From assembly GCA_012295275.1 (NCBI GenBank), contig CM022673.1:28954001-29018000 (forward strand): a DNA stretch of 64,000 nucleotides, in the 5' to 3' direction. The stretch is from Chrysomallon squamiferum (taxonomy: Eukaryota; Animalia; Mollusca). Below the pieces are notes generated by a model, which saw nothing but the letters and a program-made list of their open reading frames with translations, was not told where the DNA came from and did not search any database. The position numbers and the translations under genes are program-made. Below are positions 28,533 through 38,423 of the stretch, in pieces; within the stretch, counting starts at the first letter, position 1; each line of letters begins with the position of its first letter.

Positions 28533-28966
28533 TAAATAAATTAATTAAAAATATACTATTAATAACAAAAACACAAAAGAAATAATTCAAAAACAAACCA
28601 TACCACCAAACAATAGGAAACCAGACGTCACTCATACATTACAGCCTGCTGTTTCGCAGTTATTCTAATATTTATAATAAAACATTTAATCTAAATACCT
28701 TTCATCAGCTACTGCTACTTCATGTTTGAATATACTCATCACTATACATACAAAAAGAAAAGAGTGAAAACAGGGAAAAATAATAAAATACGTAACAAAT
28801 CAAATCATTTCAGAGGTACAGTGTGTTGTTGTTTTTTTTAAAATTTTGCAGACTAGTTGTTAATCTTTGGAAAGTGATGTAAAAAAAAACAAATGTATGC
28901 CCCATTTAATATAGAAAACTTTCTTAAGTATGACTCAACTGCCAATTTAAGTCTTCTATTAGTCTA

Positions 28967-28997
<31 letters not shown>

Positions 28998-30051
28998 TAT
29001 AAATAAAGTTAAGCAAATGATTATAAAATAAAATAAAAAATATTCTGACTGGGTATTTACATTTTCTCATCTGAAAAATAATTTTTTTAATACATACATT
29101 CATTTCCTTAAATTTTCTAATTACTGACAGTAACATACATAAATATTTATATTCTAACATTATACAGAACACAGCAGTAAAGCATATTAGAGTATGCAGA
29201 AAACAAATGGCACATTAAAAATATAAACTAAATTTAATTTTTTTTTATTACTATTCAACTTTCTAATTAGTTTTAGTTTTTATATTTATTTTTAGTTTTT
29301 TTAATTTGTTTTGTTTCCAATTTTTAAATTTTTTTGGTCGTTCACTATTTAGTATTCATTGTATGAAAATGATAGCAAGCAATGTGAAAATTATTGAAAA
29401 ATGTTTGGAAACAATTATTTTTACGGAATAATCTTCATATATTAACTACAACATCCATTTTAAATAAAATATTAAAAATTATTTAAACAAAATTTGTTTT
29501 TGTTTTGTTTGTGTTTTTATTTTTTTTCTGAACTGTGGTTGTAAATAATCAGAGATTAATCCACTTCGAAGGTTTAAACAAAAACAATTTCCCAGAAAAA
29601 CATTATGAACACATTTAAAAAGGTAAAAACATAATAAAGTCAGGTAACTTTCAGTTAAAAAGAACAAATAACAATAAAGACATACTGTAAGCACAGGACA
29701 CACATCTGAAGGACACACATCTGAACAACCACATCAAACATACAAACTCACACACTCTCTCTCTCTCTCTGTCTCTGTCTCTATCTCACACATCACACAA
29801 TACTAACACACACACACACACAACAACAAACACATCAAACGTACAAAACGAAATGCTGTAGTTTTACGGAAGAAATTATGGTGGGGGTGAAAACAACCAG
29901 AGTTAATTAACGGACAACCCAAAACAAACAAAAATAACGTTGTTGCTTTTTAAGATCATAATTCTGCCAAGTGTTAGTCACACATGAAAAGATATAAAAA
30001 TACTGTCGTCATCGGTCGCAGGTCATGGTTCGAAGTCGTCACAACGCAGTC

Positions 30052-30192
30052 TCATCGTTTCAGGGTGCTGAAGTCCCCTGTGTTGAGTCGCGGGCGTGGC
30101 CGGTCACCGAAGATGTATCTTCCGTTGTCTGTGATACTCTCAGCCAGGGCCTGCATGTTAGCTGCAATCTGCTCTGGGTTGGAGGGTGTGTT
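30052..30192 (-). CDS. AKT1S1: PRAS40 coding exon 11 (NTPSNPEQIAANMQALAESITDNGRYIFGDRPRPRLNTGDFSTLKR*)
   Basis: ttgtttcag| acceptor, TGA at 30054-30052. Contains the Akt consensus RxRxxT (RPRLNT, T246 equivalent). Confidence 0.95.
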   Translation of the reverse strand, partial: NTPSNPEQIAANMQALAESITDNGRYIFGDRPRPRLNTGDFSTLKR

Positions 30193-30359
30193 CTGAAACA
30201 AAGTCACCATTATCTCAAATATTTCCTATTTATGTGCTTGTCACAGGCTTACAGTGACTCCTATTTCTTTACTTTTATTACGTTCAGTTATATATAATTC
30301 ATACAGATATGTCTATATATATATAAATGATTATATGTCTATGTATATAAATGATTACT

Positions 30360-30391
<32 letters not shown>

Positions 30392-33300
30392 ACCAAATGC
30401 ATCAAAATGATGAATAATTTAACAACAAAATAAGTATAACATATATGAAAGAGACTCTGAGAACATTGCAGTGTAGGTTTTTTTTTTCATTTTACTGCAG
30501 AACTTTACAAAGGAATATCTTTTAAACTATTAAAGTTGTGCAGTTAAAAATGTCACCTTAAAAATAAGTTTCCCACTTACTCTGATTTCGACATCCTTAG
30601 TATCATACAATAAATAAAACAAAAACAATACACTATCAGTACAACTATATTAACATATATGTATGTATGTTGTGTTGTGTGAGTCTGGGTGTATAAAAAA
30701 GACTCCTAAGATGTTAACAGTTTACCTCTTGTTCGTTATCTTCGTCTGTGCTGCCATTTCGACTTTTCCAAGTGGGCACTGAGATGGGAACTGAGGAAGA
30801 GTACATCAGTTCTCTGTGAGAAGACGATGGAGTTTCATCTGCAGTCTTTGCTAAAACACAAACTACTTTGTTAGTAACAGTTTAAACTAAGTGTTTGCTA
30901 AAACACAAACTACTTTGTTAGTAACAGTTTAAACTCTGTGAGAAGACGATGGAGTTTCATCTGCAGTCTTTGCTGAAACAGAAACTACTTTGTTAGTAAC
31001 AGTTTAAACTCACTGTGAGAAGTCTTTGCTAAAACACAAACTACTTTGTTAGTAACAGTTTAAACTCTCTGTGAGAAGTCTTTGCTAAAACACAAACTAC
31101 TTTGTTAGTAACAGTTTAAACTCTCTGTGAGAAGTCTTTGCTAAAACACAAACTACTTTGTTAGTAACAGTTTAAACTCTCTGTGAGAAGTCTTTGGTAA
31201 AACACAAACTACTTTGTTAGTAACAGTTTAAACTCTCTGTGAGAAGTCTTTGCTAAAACACAAACAACTTTGTTAGTAAGTTTAAACTCTGTGAGAGAAG
31301 TCTTTGCTAAAACACAAACTACTTTGTTAGTAACAGTTTAAACTCTCTGTGAGAAGTCTTTGCTAAAACACAAACTACTTTGTTAGTAACAGTTTAAACT
31401 CTGTGAGAAATCTTTACTAAAACACAAACTACTTTGTTAGTAACAGTTTAAAATCTTAGACAATGTATATAGGAGTAATCTAATAACCAGCTAATACATG
31501 GTTGATGCTGCAAAATTACATTTTTAATTTACTAGTAAACTGTAAACAAAATTATCTGTTGAAGTAACAAAATTATATTTTTCTTTTATTTACTTGTTCC
31601 CCTTAACAAAACAATCTTCTTTCAATCTTGCTAATTATACATTTACTGGTAAATAGTAACCAAATACTCTGTGTTGATACTGACACATTATAACCATGCA
31701 CAATAGAATACATTTTTTGTTGGGTTATTTTTTCATTTTTTTCATTAATTATTTGTTTTAAAGCAGACATTCATTTCAGATTGAGATATAATTTCTAATA
31801 ATAAATGTTCTTACTGTCTTCCTCATCAGAATCGTAGAAAGGACGGTCAAACTGTGGGTCCACCTCGTCAAGGTAGAACATTGCTGTAATCACAAAGTTG
31901 ATGAAACTTAAATGTTAATTTTACATTTAAAAATAAAAAAATAAAAATAAAATGTGTATATAAGAAACTTCCATTAAAAAATAAAAATAAAAACTCCTGG
32001 TTTTGATATGTATGTTTTTTTTCTGCATATCTGGCTTAATATTGTAATAAAAAAATTAATATTTGTTGTTAAGTGAGAACTCAGTCTTTTGAATTTTTTT
32101 GTGACAACCAAACAGTATAAATAACATTTATTTTAGTTCATTTCAGTTGTCGGTAAAATGCATTATAAACTGTTTTAATGTAACATTGATGAAAATATTG
32201 TGGCTTATTATTTGATCTAAAATCAGATAATTTAAAACAGATTTTAAATAATAATAATCAACACATACATGTGAGTATGTACATATAAATCTAGAAGTTT
32301 CCTTTGAAAAAACTGTAAACCATATTTGTACATTACAAACATCTTTAAGGTAGCAGTATTTAAATTAAACATCTTCCTCTTTGTTTCCACCAACATGAAA
32401 CAAAACTGCTGGATTCTTAGTTTAAATATCTCAAGTATGATTTTATTTGGTAGTTTTACCTTCTGTATCAGGACTCTGTTCAAAATTACTGAAAGTTCTG
32501 ACAAGGTTGTGATGATCTGAAGACTGAAATAAAAAACAATATTTAAAAAATAAAAATAAAAAGGCTGTTGAAATATCAGATTGGGATAGTTAAGTACATG
32601 AAGATAAAAACATTAACAAAATAAATAAAAGGTTAAAAACACATAAAAATTAATAATATAAAATAAAAAATTTAAAAAACATTATAAACAGACAGACACA
32701 CACACACACAAAATAATAAAATAAAATAAAATAAAATAAAATAATAATCTTCCATGACTACCATTAAATAATAAAGATCAGTATATAAACTGGATAAAAT
32801 GAAAAACAGGATGGTCAGCTACATATTGTTCTGATTCCTAAAGATCATGGACAACGATAAAAACAATGCAGCTGTATTCAAGTTTTAAGGTCAGTAACCT
32901 TAATAAGAAAACCAAACATTTATACTGAATTTATATAAATATTCAGTGAAAGAGAAAATGCCCTCAGTGACATTGTTTTCATGGAAAAGTGGTACAGAAA
33001 CAGAGATTTAACCAATATACACATATTTCAAAAGTTTGGGCATTTATTCTCTTTTACTATAATTAACAGCTAAATAGTTTAAACTTTTGTTTGATTTTTT
33101 AAATTTATTCTGACAGTTATTTCAAAGATCAAAACTTTAAAAGGTTTGAGTAGATTAAATTACTTTATAAGGTATATTTAAAAAGTATTGGATGCATGAA
33201 AATAATGGCTTACTTGATAAAAGATTTCAAGAAGACTGAGTAAGAAATATTTACTTGAAATGATCCAAATATACTTCACATGTGAAGAATGCTGTGTAAT

Positions 33301-33488
33301 GATGTAAAATGTAAAACTTACCTTCTTACTGTCCAAGGGTCCTGAACGACTTGCCTTCAGATCCCTCTTCCTTGCTGTTTGAAGTAATAAACACAGATTT
33401 TTAGAAGTGTGATATATATAAGAAAAGAAGAAAAAGAAGAGACCGAGAGACAGACAGACAGACAGACAGAGACAGAGAGAGAGAGAGA

Positions 33489-33576
<88 letters not shown>

Positions 33577-35493
33577 AGAAACAAAGAGACAGAGAGAGTG
33601 AATAAATGAAATAGAAAGAGAATAAGAGTAATGATGATGATAATCATGCAATCACCTCTTGTCTCCTGCTCAGTGTCAACAGCTTTCTCATCCACTGATG
33701 ATCCCATTCTAGCCTGGCTTGCCATTATTAAAGCACTAGAAAGAATAAAATAAAATAAAAAAAATTTTTAAAAACACTACACTACAATTCATTCATCTTT
33801 TGTCCAGATTTGAATGTGTTTAATTTGCAGCTTTTATTAACAGATGATAACCAACCATTTCAAATACAGTATAAAATACCTGTTTAGATTTCTACCAATT
33901 TTATATATTTGTCAGCTGAACTGTGTTTCAGTCAAAAATAATAATAAATTCTAAATATTAACAAAATAATAAATTTAAAAAATAACACAAATAATAAATT
34001 CTAAAAATAACTAACAATAATACATTTTAAAAATAACCTGATCATCTTTCTCTTGTCAGATTTAGCACTGTTTTGCAGTTCTTGGAAAGCTGCTTTCTGT
34101 TCTTGTTCATACTGCCTATTAAAACAAAAATAAAAATAAATAATAATACAAATAAAGAAAAAGAGTTAAGGCAGTAACAAGTACAGACATGAGCTAAACT
34201 TGTAACAAACACATGAAATGATTCAAGTCAAAACAGAGTTGAAAACTTAACATCTGTAAAATAAAGTTTCTCACCATCCAGATTGTTTTCATCTTACACT
34301 CCTATTACTAGATGATGAATGTACGAAAGCATTAGCACATTACCTCACTCACTGTTATAATTATCCAAATTCTTCTCATCTTAAAATCACTTCACTAAAC
34401 TGTTACCATAATATTATCACACACAGAGAATAACAGAAAACTAAGTTTTGACTTAACCATCAATTTAATTAAATGCACATTAAAATACGAAACGTAGGAA
34501 CTTTTTACGTAAAAATTAAAACCAAAGACATTTATATACAAAACAGTCTCCTTCATTACTGCTGCAAAATAATGGGTATTGGTAGAAAACAAGTGAACTC
34601 AAGGTGACCTTATTCTGTCCTCCATGGCTGATTCCTCTTGCAGCAGGTAGACGTTGAGTTGTTGCTGCACGCGTGTGAAATGAGACTGAAGAGATTCGTA
34701 AGCATGAGATCTTGGATCTGAAAATATCAGAACCATTTTAATCACAACAAAACTATAGACATGACACACTAAACATCTGTCTCTTTGGTTACAGCACTGT
34801 CATTACTAACCACATACTGACTTGATACACTTTTGATACATTTTTTTATTTAATTAGATCGCTGTTGTTACTAACGATACCACTGATTTCATACATTGTT
34901 GGTAGCTAAACATATATCACTTCGTATTATGCCACTATTAATAACACTATTGAATTGTTACACTGTCCTAGTTGTTATCCCCAAAAGAGAGTATGTCAAA
35001 CTTAACTCAAAGAATATCCACGAACTAGCAACAGTTGTAATATGGCTAAAATACTTTGATTTGTTCAAATACAGCTGATGTATTTTTTTTTTTTTTTTTC
35101 AAATCCAAATACACTTAAAAGGAGAAATTTTTCTTTTATCTTTTAAATTAATTTTTTCCTCTTCTATTGAAGAACCTAGATAGTAATAATAAAAATCATA
35201 ATTTTGATTTATAGTTTATTAGAGGTGTTTAGTGATATTTTTGTTGTAAAATGAACTGATGGGACCCATTAACATTACTTCAGAATAGTTATGAACGTAA
35301 TATGTGATAACAACAGATTTTTCAAAGTGGCTTTTGGTTTAAGTACTTAGACAGATTAAATCAAAGAAATAACACATTCATCTCAGTTCATGTTTTATGT
35401 GATTTCTTTAAAACTGACTTCCTGAAAGTTATCATTTAAAAATAGGTTTCTTCCTGGTTAATATGCTAAAAGTACTTATTGGGCTTCATATAG

Positions 35494-35530
<37 letters not shown>

Positions 35531-37149
35531 CAGAGATACACACACACAGAGAGAAAGACTGACATACAGAAAGAATCAAAATAGTTAAATCATCTAAACA
35601 AATTTCTCATTATGAGTATTTTAAGAATATAGACATACATACAGATAAAAAGACACTCAAACAAAATACCTGGCAAAGATGATGTCAGGTCAGGACCTGG
35701 GTTCTGAAGGACTATCCTAAACACGGCAGAGAAACTGGAAGATCGCATCAACCTTTCTATCACAGAGGGGTCAGACTCAAGCTCTGAGTTAATGAGAATA
35801 GAGTCACAACCTGACTTCACTGCGTGAGTCTGCTGGTTACAGTTGAGACACAGGAAAGTCGTCCAGTCCCCGAACTGACGACAGTGGACCAGGTATGTGT
35901 GTGTCTGAAATAAAAATGTCTTCTGTAAAAATAGTCAGATTTAACACGAACAGCTCTTTCTTTTTTCCCCAGTTCTTAGTTTAAAATATGCTAACAGTTA
36001 AACTCGCTATGATTAAAGTTTGAATGTGTTTGTGAATGAGTTCTCACTTCACAATCTTTTAAACACTGGTGTTGAGAAATACATAAACACACTCTAGGAT
36101 TTTTTTTTTTACTCTATATCCTCTGCAAATCAGAAATTCTCATTCACAGCTCTGTTGTCTTCTGTTAGCATATTCTTTGTAGGGAAACATAACAGTTTGT
36201 ACACTGTACGCATTCTAAGCAAGCCAGATGTCAGTTAAGTTGTAAATGGAAACATCTCACATTCTTATATTAACAGTTTTTATGTGTCCAAAATAGAATT
36301 CCGTGATTACAAAATAAGAGACGAAATCCTAAGGTTTATCTTTGTTAAAAAGATAATATAAGGTTTTTTCCCCATATTCTGAGCAGCATCAGTTACAAGA
36401 TAAATATTAATTAATCATGAAAATATGTCATTTATATCATAATTATTAACAGAAACTGATAATTAATAAAACAAAGGTGGGTTTTTCCTTTATTATTTTT
36501 ATTATTTTATTTTTTATTAAACAGAAACCATTAAAACAGAAAGCTGCATTGTATACCGACAGATACATTAACAGACACTTTTCTAAATATAATTCACCTG
36601 CTATAACCATTGTTGATTTCAAATATAAAAAGATTCAGAATTGTTGCTAATAACAGTTTCAACAATAATATTATGACAAAATATTAAAAAAAAAAAAAAA
36701 TTGATTACCATGGTAACACTTGCATCATCGAGGACAGCTTCAATTATTTGTTTACCCATAAAGAGGTCACTGTTTGTGGCTGCTGAATCTGAAAAACATT
36801 TGTTATAAATATATATTTAAAGAAATGTAATTAAAGAAATGTAATTAAAGAAACACACACACACACACAGTGGTACCTTGACTTATATGAGTTTAATTTG
36901 TTCTGTTACTGAACTTGTAACATGCTCATATATCAAATCAATTTTCCTCAACTGAAACTGATTGAAAAACCATTAATTCATTCCAGCCTCCCATAACTAC
37001 CCTATTTTTGTGATACATGTTTTTAAATAAGAAAATGTAAGTTGGTGCACTTGTAAGGCAAGGTACCACTGTATATATTATATATATCATAATTAAATCA
37101 ATAAATGTCTTCTGATTCTATGAATTACTAACAAAATGTACAGTTATAG

Positions 37150-37188
<39 letters not shown>

Positions 37189-37389
37189 GGACTTGTAGAT
37201 TTATGTAATTTGTTTATCCATCTATATACATGTTAACACAAAATGGTCAATAATCCAGTAAGACAGAATTTAATAATGACAGTTCATATAAATCTTCTTT
37301 TACGTACCATCATCATCATCATCTTCAACTGTTTTGAATTCTTTCACATGTAACTTTACATTCAAGCACCGACATGCAAAGATTACCAT
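30052..37389 (-). CDS. AKT1S1: PRAS40 / proline-rich AKT1 substrate 1 (Lobe-type), whole spliced CDS: 11 coding exons, 1116 nt, 371 aa
   Basis: All 10 introns are GT-AG and phase-compatible. The C-terminus IAANMQALAESITDNGRYIFGDRPRPRLNTGDFSTLKR matches the known PRAS40 C-terminal signature (FGDLPRPRLNTSDFQKLKR). It also has a TOS-like FYLDE motif (human FVMDE) and YSSSVPISVPTW (human YAKSLPVSVPVW). Confidence 0.93.
30726..30850 (-). CDS. AKT1S1: PRAS40 coding exon 10 (TKTADETPSSSHRELMYSSSVPISVPTWKSRNGSTDEDNEQE)
   Basis: gtgttttag| acceptor, GAG|gtaaac donor, 125 nt. It contains the S183-equivalent motif SVPISVP. Confidence 0.9.
30812..31451. repeat. Minisatellite of about 56-bp units, 11 copies, derived from the PRAS40 intron/exon-10 junction
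   Basis: Unit ctctgtgagaagtctttgctaaaacacaaactactttgttagtaacagtttaaact. The gttagta motif starts at about 30870, 30917, 30992, 31048, 31104, 31160, 31216, 31272, 31326, 31382 and 31436. Confidence 0.95.
31815..31883 (-). CDS. AKT1S1: PRAS40 coding exon 9 (AMFYLDEVDPQFDRPFYDSDEED), TOS-like motif
   Basis: gattacag| acceptor, ACA|gtaaga donor, 69 nt. FYLDE resembles the Raptor-binding TOS motif. Confidence 0.9.
32460..32523 (-). CDS. AKT1S1: PRAS40 coding exon 8 (SSDHHNLVRTFSNFEQSPDTE)
   Basis: ttttatttcag| acceptor, AAG|gtaaaa donor, 64 nt, phase 0-1. It is needed to restore phase between exons 7 and 9. Confidence 0.85.
33322..33374 (-). CDS. AKT1S1: PRAS40 coding exon 7 (ARKRDLKASRSGPLDSKK)
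   Basis: ttcaaacag| acceptor, AAG|gtaagt donor, 53 nt, phase 1-0. Confidence 0.82.
33656..33735 (-). CDS. AKT1S1: PRAS40 coding exon 6 (SALIMASQARMGSSVDEKAVDTEQETR)
   Basis: ttctttctag| acceptor, GAG|gtgatt donor, 80 nt, phase 2-1. Confidence 0.85.
34038..34115 (-). CDS. AKT1S1: PRAS40 coding exon 5 (RQYEQEQKAAFQELQNSAKSDKRKMI), coiled-coil-like
   Basis: ttttaatag| acceptor, CAG|gttatt donor, 78 nt, phase 2-2. Confidence 0.87.
34609..34717 (-). CDS. AKT1S1: PRAS40 coding exon 4 (DPRSHAYESLQSHFTRVQQQLNVYLLQEESAMEDRI)
   Basis: tattttcag| acceptor, AAG|gtcacc donor, 109 nt, phase 1-2. Confidence 0.87.
35670..35904 (-). CDS. AKT1S1: PRAS40 coding exon 3 (THTYLVHCRQFGDWTTFLCLNCNQQTHAV...FSAVFRIVLQNPGPDLTSSLP)
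   Basis: ttttatttcag| acceptor, CCAG|gtattt donor, 235 nt open frame; overlaps ORF 35590..35820. Confidence 0.88.
36709..36788 (-). CDS. AKT1S1: PRAS40 coding exon 2 (DSAATNSDLFMGKQIIEAVLDDASVTM)
   Basis: gtttttcag| acceptor, ATG|gtaatc donor, 80 nt, phase 1-0. Confidence 0.85.
36868..37071. mobile_element. Tigger/pogo-like MITE in the intron after PRAS40 coding exon 1
   Basis: TIRs CAGTGGTACCTTGACTTAT and the reverse complement of the right end, CAGTGGTACCTTGCCTTAC (17/19). TA follows on the right and (CA)n precedes on the left; 204 bp, non-coding. Confidence 0.8.
37308..37389 (-). CDS. AKT1S1: PRAS40 coding exon 1 (MVIFACRCLNVKLHVKEFKTVEDDDDD)
   Basis: ATG at 37389, 13 nt after acceptor atttctag| (exon starts at 37402). 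Donor GATG|gtacgt; 82 coding nt. Confidence 0.85.
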
Positions 37390-38376
37390 TATGCAGAATT
37401 TTCTAGAAATGAAAATAACAATATTCACAAGTGTTTAATATTTTTAATGATGATGTCATTCAAATCTAAAAATAAAAAAAATAAATGTTGTTTTACATCT
37501 ATGCCATTAGTACATTATATGCATATCTACAGAAACACAAACACATACTCACTTACTGTTATGACCCTATCCGTATCAATATAATGTCTATTGTTAGTAT
37601 CAGATCAAATTAAATTTTAACATTTTAAAGAAATTTGATATTCATGTCAAAATATATAATCACTGAGTTACAAAGCTTACTTGATATAATTACTAGTAAT
37701 AAAAATTTAATTAATAAACAGTAATAATATTAATTTCATACATATAATTTTTATTGGATTATTCTGACCGGCTTTTTTAGTTTTTAATAGAACAGCCGAT
37801 ATAACCAAAGGTGACTGATTACAAACGTCAAAATAATAATGATTTATCTGTTATTTTTAACATATTTTTATATATATTAATGACAATATATTGTGCTAAA
37901 AATATTGCTTATGAAAAAGTATCTGATAATATGTTCTAAAATGAAATGAGCGAATCATCCTAGTCGTAATGTCATTGTCAGTAACATGAAGATGTTCATA
38001 ATGTTGATTCAGCACAAAAACCAAACAGACCTCAAAAGCAATTAAGGTATTTTATAATGATTTCAGTAAATCGACTATACTGTATACCATATATTAATTA
38101 CTTACATGGCTATGGCATCAATTTAATTTCACAAATTTATTTACAATACAATAGTAGTCTGCAAACAAAATACAGCTGAGCTTCAAGTAAACAACGCCGA
38201 TGGAAATTTCCCCAAATAAATTAGGAATTTCTAATGAGTTTTCTTGCTAATTTTATAAAGTCTTGTCCATAGCATGCTAATGTCACAACAAAACAGATCT
38301 TATGGATGTGTCAATGATGTCATAATTTTGATTTCATCAGATATAACTGCAAAATCTAATCATAATCGGTCCCTAC

Positions 38377-38423
38377 CTTTTCTCTTTCCACAGCACCTGA
38401 CGATTTGACAGAAATCACGTGAT
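38377..38423 (-). promoter_or_regulatory. AKT1S1: Probable non-coding first exon and core promoter of PRAS40, with a palindromic E-box (ATCACGTGAT, 38414-38423)
   Basis: Minus-strand donor GAAAAG|gtaggg at 38377/38376 lies about 1 kb upstream of the ATG exon, which has its own acceptor. CpGs reappear here. A 10-bp CACGTG-centred palindrome is adjacent. Confidence 0.55.

Noticed and set aside
29984-30297. Plus-strand ORFs of 70 and 90 aa
   Set aside because: They are antisense shadows of PRAS40 exon 11.
30812-31451. CRISPR-like appearance of the regularly spaced repeats
   Set aside because: The units are head-to-tail with no unique spacers, there are no cas genes, and the context is a eukaryotic intron.
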